The position numbers were made by a program, and so were the translations under genes. From assembly GCF_000142905.1 (NCBI RefSeq), contig NW_013657674.1, positions 29,787 to 93,786 of the forward strand: 64,000 bases of DNA, read 5' to 3'. The stretch comes from Thecamonas trahens ATCC 50062. Taxonomy: Eukaryota > Protista > Apusomonadida. The first letter of the stretch is position 1. Each line of letters starts with the position of its first letter. A model generated the notes under the pieces. The model was not told where the DNA came from. It did not search any database and was given only the letters and a program-made list of their open reading frames with translations. Below, in pieces: positions 21,982 to 32,648 of the stretch.

Positions 21982-23007
21982 ATGCCTGGGAACAACGATT
22001 CGGAGCTATGTACCTCTGCTCGGGAGCATCTTGAGGTGGCGCAAGTGGGCAACCTTGCGGTGGCGGCGGTCTCGTTGGTGGCGGCGGTCTTTGTTTGTGG
22101 CGCGTATGTGGCGTTTGGAAGAGTACAAGGCTCACGGGTCGATCGGCTGGTCTTTTGTCTTTGTGCGATGGGTGCGCTGGGTGCTCTCGCTTTGCTGGCA
22201 AAGGGAACGTTGGAGGTGGTCGATGATCTGCACAGATCGGCTTGCATTGTCCTCGGCGCCGTCATCGAGGCCTCGTACCTCTCGCAGATGCTCTTCACCT
22301 TTCTCCTCTCGCTCAATCTCTTTGTCCAAGTTCGGTTGTCGCTTGCTCCGGGCTTGTCGCCGGCACAGGTCTTTGCTACAGCAGCGTCGTCGGTCTCGAG
22401 CCGGTCGGGCGCGCCGCGGCCGCGATCGCCGGTCCTCGTTGAGCTCTGCTACCTGTTCTACGGCCTGGTTCTTCCATTTGGCTACGTCGGGTGCCTGCTC
22501 TGGCGTGCGCCGTACCGCACCTCGCCGCTGGGATGGTGCGCACCGACGTCGCGGCTGTATATCGGCATTCCGCTGCTGGTCCACTTTGTGGCCACGGCTC
22601 TACTCCTCGCCGCCGTCCTGGTCTCGCTCCGGACCGGCATCAAATCTGCGGGCATGTTTGCCGAAAAGGGCCGACGGGTCGAGCTCAAGGCACTGCGCCG
22701 CTTCTCGATGTTTCTAGTGCCTGTGCTTGTCACTATGATGCCTGTTGTTGTACTCTCGGTTTTCCGCACCTCGCACCACTGCCTTCCGTTTGCGCTCGTC
22801 TTCTTCCTCAACATTGCCTTTCCAGCCCAGGCCTTTCTCAATGCAATTGTCTTTGGCATCAACAAGGACCTGCGCCGCGCGCTCTCCCACAGCTGCTGCC
22901 CGCCGCGCGAAGAGACCCGCGTTGCCGAGTACCCCTCGCTCCTCGGCATGGGCGTCTCACCCACGCCGTCACCGATCGTCTTTCCCTCTTCACGTGCTCA
23001 CCGCTAG
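21982..23007 (+). CDS. Seven-TM GPCR, cAMP-receptor-like/Git3-like class
   Basis: Seven hydrophobic segments, Cys at the top of TM3 and GWC in ECL2, TM7 PAQAFLNAIVFG (cf. PLQGFLNAIVY). Confidence 0.75.
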   Translation: MPGNNDSELCTSAREHLEVAQVGNLAVAAVSLVAAVFVCGAYVAFGRVQGSRVDRLVFCLCAMGALGALALLAKGTLEVVDDLHRSACIVLGAVIEASYLSQMLFTFLLSLNLFVQVRLSLAPGLSPAQVFATAASSVSSRSGAPRPRSPVLVELCYLFYGLVLPFGYVGCLLWRAPYRTSPLGWCAPTSRLYIGIPLLVHFVATALLLAAVLVSLRTGIKSAGMFAEKGRRVELKALRRFSMFLVPVLVTMMPVVVLSVFRTSHHCLPFALVFFLNIAFPAQAFLNAIVFGINKDLRRALSHSCCPPREETRVAEYPSLLGMGVSPTPSPIVFPSSRAHR

Positions 23008-23340
23008 CCTGACGCACTCTCGCCAGGCCATGCCAGGCTATGCCACGCTGCCATGCGATGCCCCCCCCTGTCTTGCCGCCATGCACTTGCCGCGGTTGTC
23101 ATGTCAATGTCCGACCGTTCCGGCCCCGATGCCACCACGCATCGTAGCCCGCTATAGGACGCAGCTGGCGTCAGCCTCTCATCGATGGTCTTAAAACCGT
23201 CGCTGTGGCCACTCAATCTGTCTTGATACCTGCCATGGTTGAGCGTGTGGCCCTGCTGCCACACTCATCACTCGCACACCGACGTGAATTGCCTGCCATC
23301 GATCACGCACAGATCCCACGCCAAGATGACATCATCACCC

Positions 23341-23481
23341 TTTCGCTCTCTCGCTCTCGCTCTCGCTCTCTAGCTCTCGCTCTCGCTCTCTAGCTCTCGC
23401 TCTCGCTCTCTAGCTCTCGCTCTCGCTCTCTAGCTCTCGCTCTCGCTCTCGCTCTCGCTCTCTCGCTCTCGCTCTCGCTCT
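23341..23481. repeat. (CTCGCT)n-type pyrimidine microsatellite with 20-bp higher-order units
   Basis: Read directly, upstream of the iGluR-like gene. Confidence 0.9.
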
Positions 23482-23558
23482 CCAACGGCGTCCACCGCAG
23501 CTCGCTCGGCAAATTCGCTTGCCGTCACTCCTCTCGCTCACCCCAGCCGTCCTCAACC

Positions 23559-24977
23559 ATGACTCGGTGGCTGTGGTTGGCGGTGACGGCAGCAGTCATG
23601 GTTTGCCTATGTGGACAAGCAGCCGAGGGCCAAGCATACACGGTTTACTTTGCACAGAACCCACCGTTTGTCATCCCCACATCACAGACATCCTCTGCCA
23701 CAGACCAGGTATGCCCCCCCCTCCCCCTTCATCCCTCCGTCATGTCCCCCCCCCCCTCCCCTCCTGTGGCTGTCCATCGCCACTTCCCGCCTTGTCGCCA
23801 TTTTTGCCACCGCCTCCACTGCCCCCCCCCCCCCCCTTCGCAGCCAACCCCCCACTCACCCCCCACCCCCCCACCCCCTCCCCCGTAGTTATCTGGGTAT
23901 GACGTGGATCTGTGGGCTGAGGTCTTCCAATACCTAAAGGCGGCAGACGGCAGCAGGAGCTACAGCTCGCAGCTGGTGACGGTCCCGCAGCTGCTCGAGG
24001 CTGTCCGGAGTGGAAGCAATGTGGTGGGACTGGGATCGCTGGCGGTGACGAGGTCGAGGGAGTCTACCTATGGAGACTTTTCGTACACGTACTTTCAGTC
24101 TGGCTTGGACGTCCTCACCAGGAGAAAGGATGAGGAGACGGATCTGTTCCTCTTCTTTGCGCCCTTCTCCTTCTTCCTCTGGCTCTCCATCATCGTCACC
24201 CTCTACTTCTCCGGCCACGTCATCTGGTTCCTTGAGCGCAACTACCAGCCGACTGAGTTCCCGCGGACGTACTGGGCTGGAGTCAACGAGGGCGTGTGGT
24301 ACTGTTGGGGCATCCTCACCGGGACCGGTACCAAAGATCTTATCGGCTTTCCCTCGCGCATGTACTCGGTCGGCTGGTCCACCCTCTCGGTCATCATGGT
24401 GGCGGCGTACACGGCCAACCTGGCAACCATTCTCACAGTCCGCCAGCTGCAGACCGACATCTCGTCGTTCCAGGAGCTGGGCGGTAAGACTGTGGGCGTG
24501 GTGTTTGGAACAACCGGCGAGGCCTTTGTCCAGTCTGCGCTGCCTAATGCCAACGCCCGGGTCTTCACCTCGATCGAGGAGGCGTTCACCGAGCTCGACC
24601 GAGGCAATCTCGACGCAGTCATCCATGATGCGCCGGTCTTGCTCTACCTCAAGATCCTCCTCGACACTGGCGACAAGCTGCAGCTTCTGGGCAACCAGCT
24701 GTCGGACGAGCAGTACGCACTGCTTCTCCCGTCGGGTGACGAGGCGCTGCGGACGGAAATCAACTCGATCCTGCTCCTGCTGCAGGAGAACGGGTTCCTC
24801 GACTCGCTCTACCGCAAGTGGTTCAACCAGGTCGAGAAGCCAGACGACGCCTTTATCTCTGAGCATCCGCAGGCGCTCTCGTTCCTTGCCATCTCGGGCA
24901 TGTACATCACGCTTGCCTGTGCCCTCGTCATCGCCATCATCACCTACTGCTGCTTGCGTGCCCGCAAGTGGATTTAG
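23559..24977 (+). CDS. Ionotropic glutamate receptor-like channel lacking the ATD; exons 23559-23708 and 23889-24977
   Basis: Signal peptide, NPPFV, GYDVDL, VTRSRE...DFS (S1), FFAPFS..LW (M1), gating motif AYTANLATILT, S2 GTT and M4; GTATGC...TAG intron. Confidence 0.9.
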
Positions 24978-25007
24978 CCGCTACATAAAGCAACGCACGA
25001 CACGTCT

Positions 25008-26231
25008 TCACAGCTCTGCGAATAGCTCGCGGTACGGATCGTGGCCCGAGATGTCCTCGGTCCCGTCGGGCAGCAGCGGGCGCTCGAGCCAGTCGTAGGC
25101 GTCAAACTCGTAGTCGGCAAAGTACCGAGTGTCGGTCGGCCCGCAAACGGCCGGAATGAGCGGTGCGGCGGACGCCGGCAGGTTGTCCCAGTCGAGGTGG
25201 GAAAAGAGTGGCTGACTGCGGAGCTGGTTGGCGTCGAGCAGCCGGCCCGCGGGCGGGACCGAGAGGAGGACGCGGAGGAGGTCGAGAACGCCTGCGTCGA
25301 GCTCGTCAGGTAGCAGAACAGGATCCGGAACAGCGGCGACAGCGGCGAGCACCTCCTCGGGCGCACCGATGTGGTCAAACGGCGTGCTGCCGGTGACCAG
25401 CTCGCAGAGCAGGATGCCGAGCGACCACCAGTCGGAAGCAAACGAGACAGCACCGCGGGCGGCAACCTCGGGCGCCATGTACGCCGGCGTCCCGCGCGGC
25501 GCCGGCGGCATGTCGTCAATGTCGCAGGCAAAGAGCGCAAAGCCAAAGTCGCAGACCCGGATGTGGCCGCTGTAGTCGAGAAGCACGTTCTCGGGCTTGA
25601 TGTCACAGTACACAATGCCCGTGGCGTGCAGGTCGAGGAGGAACATGGCGACCTCGGCGGTGTAAAAGGCGGCTGTAGCAGGCGGAAACTGCCCATGCGC
25701 CTCGAGATGGGTCAGCAGCTCGCCGCCGGGCACGTAGAGGGTGAGGATGTAGACATTGAGCAAGTTCTGGAACGAGCCAACAAACATGACCGCAAGCTCC
25801 GAGTCGAGCGCCGAGAGAATCTCGATCTCGCGGCGAAGGTTGGCCACCTGCCCGCTTGCCACCACATGCTCCTTCCGCACTACCTTGACCGTAATCACTT
25901 CGTTGCTCTCCTTGTGCCGCACCAGATACACTCGTCCGAACAGCCCGGCGCCGACCGTCTTCAGCGGCTCAAAGTCGGCAAGACTCGCCACCCGCCCAGA
26001 TTCGCCGGCTCCGCCGCCGCCGCTGCCGCCGCCGCGCGACTCGAGTGACATCTCCGCCCATCCCATCGAGCCACGAAACTTGTGGCTTAGGCTTCCGGAC
26101 ATGGTCATCGAGTTGAGCGACGATGCCAGCATGTCCACCGTCCCCGCCGACGGCCACAAAGGCCCACCGTCGTCTCCGCCTCCACCAGGCAAGCCGCCGC
26201 CGCCGACGCCGACTGGCAGCCTCGACATCAT
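25008..26231 (-). CDS. AGC kinase, PKA/PRKX-like catalytic subunit (non-RD)
   Basis: GAGLFGRV, YVPGGEL, IVYCDIKPEN, DFG, GTPAYMAPE, DWWSLG, AGC tail DTRYF...FAEL. Confidence 0.88.
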   Translation of the reverse strand: MMSRLPVGVGGGGLPGGGGDDGGPLWPSAGTVDMLASSLNSMTMSGSLSHKFRGSMGWAEMSLESRGGGSGGGGAGESGRVASLADFEPLKTVGAGLFGRVYLVRHKESNEVITVKVVRKEHVVASGQVANLRREIEILSALDSELAVMFVGSFQNLLNVYILTLYVPGGELLTHLEAHGQFPPATAAFYTAEVAMFLLDLHATGIVYCDIKPENVLLDYSGHIRVCDFGFALFACDIDDMPPAPRGTPAYMAPEVAARGAVSFASDWWSLGILLCELVTGSTPFDHIGAPEEVLAAVAAVPDPVLLPDELDAGVLDLLRVLLSVPPAGRLLDANQLRSQPLFSHLDWDNLPASAAPLIPAVCGPTDTRYFADYEFDAYDWLERPLLPDGTEDISGHDPYRELFAEL

Positions 26232-27474
26232 CGCGCCCGCCACAGCCACATCACCCCTCGTACTGTTATCGCGTCAAGCACTGCAGCCGAAGCAGTCTCT
26301 GCAGACGACGGGCCCGCCGACAACAGCGATGCAGATCCCGAAGCGGCATCTGATTCAGGCAGCGATGCCGAAGCTCGTTCACTTGTTGTCGGTGAGCCGC
26401 TCGATGATGCGCCCCCCGCCGCCGACGATTCGACATTGTTCCTGCTGCCCGTCGCGAGTGGTGGAGCCGAGTTGTCATTGACCCGCGCCTCTTCCTCTGC
26501 CTGTGTCCTCGTCGTCCTCGCCAGCAACGCAGCCATTGAGAAGGACATGGGCACCTGTTCTTCCTCTCACCCTCTCACGCACACACTAATCTCCCTCTTT
26601 GACTCGGTGAACCTTCTCTGCGTAAAGTGGTTCAGGCCCTCTGACCCTCCCCGGCCTCGTCCCCTCCAGCCCCTCCCCCCCCTCACTCTCCCCCCCTCCA
26701 CCATACCACTCCCTTGTCGCCTTCACACTTTCGTTTTTTTTTTTTGCCGCTCCGCTCATTTCCTTGCACAGACATGCACAACTGCAACATTTGCGTATGC
26801 AGACGATTATCAGACGACAATGTGGGGCTTTACCTTGCCATCCACATGGTGTTAAGCTACGGGTCCTGCTTTCGTGTGTGATTGACTTAAATTGACTGTG
26901 ATTGCCAACTGTGGGGGGTCAGCCTCCAGTGTGGATTTCACATTGACCAGTTTGTGGCGCCACGACACCGTCTCGCATTATTCTGCACCATCTGTGCTGT
27001 AGAGTGAGGCTACCTGCCTCCGATGATGGATCGTAATCGTCATGACCATGGGGTGTGGTCCGAGCTTGTGGCCAGAGCCCTCTTCCCCTTCCTTCTCCCG
27101 TGTCACGGTGGTGTAGCCAGCCCCAATTGCTGACGGCTTTTTGGCAGCCGCATCTGCTGGCCTCTCGGCCTTCCGGCCGCACTCTTCCACTCGCCCACCA
27201 TCCTCTGCCCTCTGACAGCCATCCCCACCTCCTTTCCACTTTCCCACCCAATCCTCCCAACCTACCAAGCTATCGGCCTCTCCCTCTGCCTGCTATCAGC
27301 CCGCCCGCGAATCAGCCGGCCGCCCACCGCCAATCGGCTGGCTGCCCACCGCCAAGCCTGTCAAGTCACGCGCCCTCCCCTCCCTCCCCTCGCCACGCCA
27401 CGCCCACCACTCCAACCACGCCCACCCCTCTTCTGCACACTGAGAGTAGACAGAGGCCAACTACCTTGTCGTTC

Positions 27475-28033
27475 ATGTGTGGATCATCGATCTGCGTGGC
27501 TGTCAACGGCCTTCTCCAGCTGGTACGCCACCTCCCCCTCCCCCCTCCGTCCGCCCCCCACACTTCCACCTCCGCCTCCCCCTTCCCCCCTCACCTCACA
27601 CTGGACTCAAACCCTGCAGTTGCTGAGCATCACGATCCTGGCGCTAGAGGTGGCCACATCGCAGTTTGATCGCCCGTTGGTGGTCGGATCAGCAAAGGAT
27701 ACGCAGGAGACCATCTTTCTCGCTCTCGTCTCGGGCTCGCTCGCTCTGTCGGGCATGGTGGCGGTGTGGGCAAGATCGAGAGAGTCCGCAAGAGCTGCGT
27801 ACATCTTTGCCTATCTACAGATCCTAGTTGCGGGGGCTGCCGCCGTCTACGCCTGCATCTCGCTCATGACCCGTGCAGACGCGAGCCATCCGCCGCTCGA
27901 CGAGGAGCCGGGCTCGGCCGTCGTCCGCGCCTCGCTCCTTCTCGGCGCCTTTGTCCTCGGCCTTTGGGGCATCGTCTCGGGCTTTTCAACCGGCTCCAAG
28001 CTCGAGTCTCAGTTCCACTACTCGTCGTTTTAG
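27475..28033 (+). CDS. Small four-TM hypothetical protein; intron 27523-27619; start uncertain
   Basis: GTACGC...CAG intron joins in-frame hydrophobic segments. Confidence 0.5.
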
Positions 28034-28319
28034 CCTCGGACCGCCGTCCGCCGTCCGCCGTCTCGCTTTATGAACGTTATGGCTACAACTGTATGTACGA
28101 TACTTGCTTGCTCGGCTCTCCGCCAGCCGGCTCTTGGGGGGTCTGTGGTTGTGGTTGTTGTGGTTGGTGTGATGATGGTGATGAGGGTAGGGGGCTGTGG
28201 CCGTGACGTGTGGCGGAAGAGGATGCGGGGCGGGGCATGCACGCCCGCACAATGGCAGACGTACGCACACGCGCACTCGTTCCTTGCTCCCGCTCCACGC
28301 CTGCTGAGCAACACGCGCC

Positions 28320-28499
28320 TTACTCGCCACTGCTCTTCTCCGCCACCGAGTAGTTGAGGAGCTTCTCGATGAGGTCGACGTGCGAGAGGAGCATGCGCCT
28401 GCAGCAGTAGCGCTTGAGCCCCAGGCTGTCCAGCGCGCTGCGCTCGTCATAGCCCGCGTTCAGGAACGTCAGATACGAGTCCCACTTGTTGCCGATGAC
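28320..28499 (-). CDS. RPB10: RNA polymerase I/II/III subunit RPB10, last exon (first exon probably lost in the N gap)
   Basis: Manual translation after a TAG acceptor: [51 protein letters not shown]; not in the ORF track. Confidence 0.93.
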   Translation of the reverse strand, partial: VIGNKWDSYLTFLNAGYDERSALDSLGLKRYCCRRMLLSHVDLIEKLLNYSVAEKSSGE

Positions 28500-28693
28500 C
28501 TATCCTCCGCATTCTCTCCGCATGAGTTACGCCCACATCCCTCGACCGTCTTTCCTAGTCTCCCCCGTCCCCTCCCTCCCCTCCCCCCGCCCCTCCCCCC
28601 CCTCCTTCCCCGGCCGCGTCTCCCACCCAAGGACTGGACGCACCTCCCCCTCCCTCCCCCCCCTGCCCTCCCCCTCCCATCTCCCCCTCTCCC

Positions 28694-28793
28694 NNNNNNN
28701 NNNNNNNNNNNNNNNNNNNNNNNNNNNNNNNNNNNNNNNNNNNNNNNNNNNNNNNNNNNNNNNNNNNNNNNNNNNNNNNNNNNNNNNNNNNNN
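28694..28793. other. Assembly gap (100 N)
   Basis: Run of N flanked by poly-C tracts. Confidence 0.99.
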
Positions 28794-28927
28794 CCCCCCC
28801 CCTCGCCCAGCCCACCACCACTCCACCCCACCCACATCCATCCACCCAATCCTCCACCACCCCTCCACTCCCCCCCTCCACTCCCCCCTCTCTCACTCTC
28901 TCCTTCACCTGCACCTGGCCCTGTGTC

Positions 28928-31900
28928 ATGGTACGCATAGCAGAGCGATTGATTCTATGGCTCCTCCAGTCGCTTCCCACCCACCATGTTGACGACCTTT
29001 TCCTGAACTTCCCCAACTCACCCCCCCTCCTCCCCCCTCCCCCCCCTTCCCCCCTCCTATACTCAGTACAACTACGTGGTGACGGCGCAAAAGCCGACAG
29101 CAGTGACGGATGCACTTGTGGCTTCGTTCTCCTCGGCGAGTGAGCGCAACCTGATTGTGTGCAAGACCACGCTCGTCGAGGTCTACACCCTTGCTCCGGC
29201 TGGCCTTGTGCCGTTGCTGGAGCTTCCGCTCTACGGCAAGGTGGTGTGCATGCGGACGTTCCGACCAATGGGCGCAGAGAAGGATCTGCTTTTCCTCTTT
29301 ACTGATCGCTGCCGCTTCTGCCTCCTCAGCTACGACGATGTCCGCGGCGAGGTGGTGACTGTGGCTGGTGGCAACCTCGAGGACAAGGTCGGCCATCCGT
29401 CGGACGCTGGCCAGCTCTGTGCCATTGAGCCGAGCCTCTCGCTCATTGCGCTCCACTGCTACGATGGCCTGCTCAAGATTGTGCCCATGGCCAACGGCGG
29501 GCAGAGCCTCTCCCAGGCCTTCAACCTGCGGCTGGAAGAGGTGTGCGTCCTTGACATTGCCTTTGATGCGGCACTCTCCACCGGCGACGGCCCACCGGTC
29601 CTTGCTGTTCTGTACAAAGACGCGCACGAAGCACGGCACCTCAAGACGTACCAGGTCCACGCGTCGGTAGGCGCCAAGAAGGAGCTCCGGCCCGGCCCGT
29701 ACCAGCAGGCCGGGCTCGACGCCTTTGCCTCGCGGCTGATTCCGCTGCCTGCGGAAGCCGGCGGTGGCTTTGTCATCCTCGGCGAGTCGACTGTTGCCTA
29801 CAAGTCTGGCGCCACCTTTGTCCAGATCCCGCACACCGTCCCGTGCGCCTTTACCGCCTTTGGAGCTATCGACGCCTCTGGTGCCCGCATCCTGGTCGGC
29901 GACCACCTCGGAAACATGCACGTTCTCCTGATCGACATTGCAAACGGAGCTGTCACCGGGCTCGAACTCTCGCTGGTGGGCAAGACGTCGATCCCGTCGG
30001 CGATTGTTTACCTTGACTCTGGCTTTGTCTTTGTCGGCTCGCGATTCGGCGACTCGCAGCTTGTCCACCTCTCGTCCGAGCCGGTCGACGAGTCTGGCTC
30101 GTACGTCCAGGTTGCTGACGCCCACATCAACCTCGGCCCGATTTTGGACATGACGCTTGTTGACGTCGACCGCCAGGGCCAGGGCGTGCTCGTCACTTGC
30201 TCTGGCGGCTTCCAGGACGGCTCGCTCCGCATTGTCCGCTCGGGCATCGGCATTGCCGAGCAGGCTGTCCTCCCGGTCGAGGGCGTCCGTGGCTCGTTCA
30301 CCCTGCCGGCCGTCGGCGAGCCGAACCTTGCCGCCTTTCTTGTTGTTTCGTTTGTCAACATGACCAAGGTTCTCGCCTTTGACGGCGACTCGGAGCTCGG
30401 CGAGTACGCCGGTGACCTCGGTGGCCTTGTCGCCGACGCGCCGACCCTGGTTGCCTGCGGCGTCCGCGACGACACCTACCTCCAGATCGTGCCTGGCGGC
30501 GTGCGCCTTGTCGACGCGACCTCGCTCGCGCTGCTCGGTGAGTGGAGCCCGGAGGCTATGGGCGGGTCGTCGATCTCGGTCGCCGCCGCCAACGCCAACT
30601 ACGCTCTGCTGGCGGTCTCGGGCACCGACACCGACCATGGCACCCTTGTCCTGCTTGCGCTCGATCCGCGCGGAGCGTCGCCGCTCGCGGTGGCTGCCAC
30701 GGTCGCACCCGACTCGGAAGTCGCCTGCCTCAACATCGATCCGCTCGGCGACTCGGGCGACGCCGCGCTGGCCGCTGTCGGCCGGTGGTCTGACTACTCG
30801 GTCCACCTCCTTGCGCTCCCCTCGCTCGAGCTTGTCGCGCCGCTCTCGCTTGGCGACGCGCAGGTCATTCCGCGCTCGGCGCTCTTTGCCACGCTTGAGT
30901 CGGTCAACTATCTGCTGGTCGGCATGGGCGACGGCTCGTTGGTCTCGTTTGTGCTCGGCGACGACGGCGCAGTCACCGACCGCAAGGAGCTCATGCTCGG
31001 GACCCAGCCGGTGACCCTGTTCAAGTTCCTTCACGCTCCGCCCGAGGCCGAGGTTATGGGCGAGCCGGCAGCGGCGGCGCCAGTCGTTTTCGCCGCCTCA
31101 GACCGGCCGTGCGTCATCTACTCGTCCGGCTCCAAGCTCCTCTTCTCCAACGTCAACACGCCCGACGTGGTGTGCATGACCGGCTTCAACACCACGCCCA
31201 TCCCGGACGCACTCGTCCTTGTCACCGAGTCGGAGCTCATCATCGGATGCATCGACGAGATCCAGAAACTGCACAAGACCTCGGTCCCGCTTGGTGAGAT
31301 GCCGCGCGCCGTCGTCCACCACACTCCGTCGTCCAACTACGCCGTCCTCACCGTCGCCGTTAGTGCCGACAACGCCACCGGCGCGCCCGTCAAGGTCTCG
31401 TACCTCCGCGTCCTCGACCCGGTCACCTTTGAGGAGGTCTCCTCGGCGCAGCTCGCGCCGCACGAGCAGGGCCTCGCCGTCGTCGCCGCCCCGCTCACCA
31501 TCCTCCCGGCGCCGACTCCGCAAGCCCTCGCCGATGCCTTTGCCACCGACGGCGTTGTGCCCATGGAGACCGCGTCGACGAGCAAGCCGCCGGCTGCCTC
31601 GCCTGCTGCCGACCCCGACGCCCCGGTCTACCTCGTTGTCGGCACCGGCATCGAGTCGGAGGCTGGCCCCGGGTCCGACGGCACCGAGCGCGAGCGCGGG
31701 CGCCTCATTGTGTACGAGCTCGCCAACAACCAGCTGGTCGAACTCGCTGCGCTCGAGGTGCCCGGCGTCATTTACGCCATCGCGGTCCTCCGCGGCCACC
31801 TCGTCGTTGCCGTCGACGCCACGGTCCGCCTCTTCTCGCTCGTGACCGGCCGCGGCGGCGCGCCGGTTCTCCGCCAGCAGGCCGTCTACCACGGCCAGAT

Positions 31901-32587
31901 CCTTGCTCTCTCGCTCCGCGTCCACAACGACGACACCATTGTGGTCGGCGACCTCATGAAGTCGCTCATGCTGCTCCGCTTTGACGCCAAGGCTCGCGAG
32001 TTTGTCCAGCTCGCCAAGGACTACGCCGTCGCCTGGCTCACCGCCGTCGAGGTGCTCGAAGGGCCTGACGGCTCGGACGAGGTCGGCTACCTCGCCGCCG
32101 ACAACTCGTTCAATGTCATCGCCCTTCAGCGGACAGCAGGCGCGTCCGCTGCCGACGACGACCATCGGCTTCTCCGCGCCGGCGTAATCCATCTTGGCGA
32201 GTTTGTCAACACCTTTGTCCGCGGCTCGCTCGTCATGCAGCAGGCCTCGGCCTCGCTCGGCATCCTGCCCACCGTCCTCTACGGTTCGGTCTCGGGCGCC
32301 ATCGGTGTCATCGCCGCCCTCCCCGAGGACCTCTACGTCACCCTCCTCCGCCTGCAGAACGTCCTCCGCTCGGTCATTCCGGGCATCGGCGGTCTGGACC
32401 ACGCCGACTGGCGCTCGTTTCCGACGACCAGCGAACAACGCCGGCAAAGCACTTTGTCGATGGCGACCTCGTCGAGCGCTTCCTCGAGCTCGATCCCGCG
32501 AGCCGCAAGCGCGTCGGCGAGCAGACCGGCGACGATCCGGCTGAGCTCGAGAAGCTGGTTGAAGAGCTCGCGCGCCGGCTGCATTGA
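28928..32587 (+). CDS. DDB1: DNA damage-binding protein 1; ATG-only exon 28928-28930, exon 2 from 29067, frameshift near 32420
   Basis: YNYVVTAQKPTAV, FVGSRFGDSQL, NLGPILDM, CSGGFQDGSLRIVRSGIGI, IDEIQKLH, VGDLMKS, HLGEFVN; shifted frame gives FVDGDLVERFLEL...EELARRLH*. Confidence 0.95.
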
Positions 32588-32648
32588 ACGCCCAACCGAA
32601 CGCCCCTCTCACTCCCCTCCTCCCCCTCTGTTGCGGTTGCGGTTGACT

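Noticed and set aside
21982-23007. GPCR as the opsin partner for the retinal pathway
   Set aside because: TM7 (FFLNIAFPAQAFLNAIVFG) has no Schiff-base lysine. No rhodopsin was recognised anywhere in the window.
28926-31034. Long antisense ORFs (also 38668-41301, 18958-20991, 34116-36062, 58473-60476)
   Set aside because: Shadow ORFs expected from high GC and codon bias opposite well-supported genes; no recognisable motifs.
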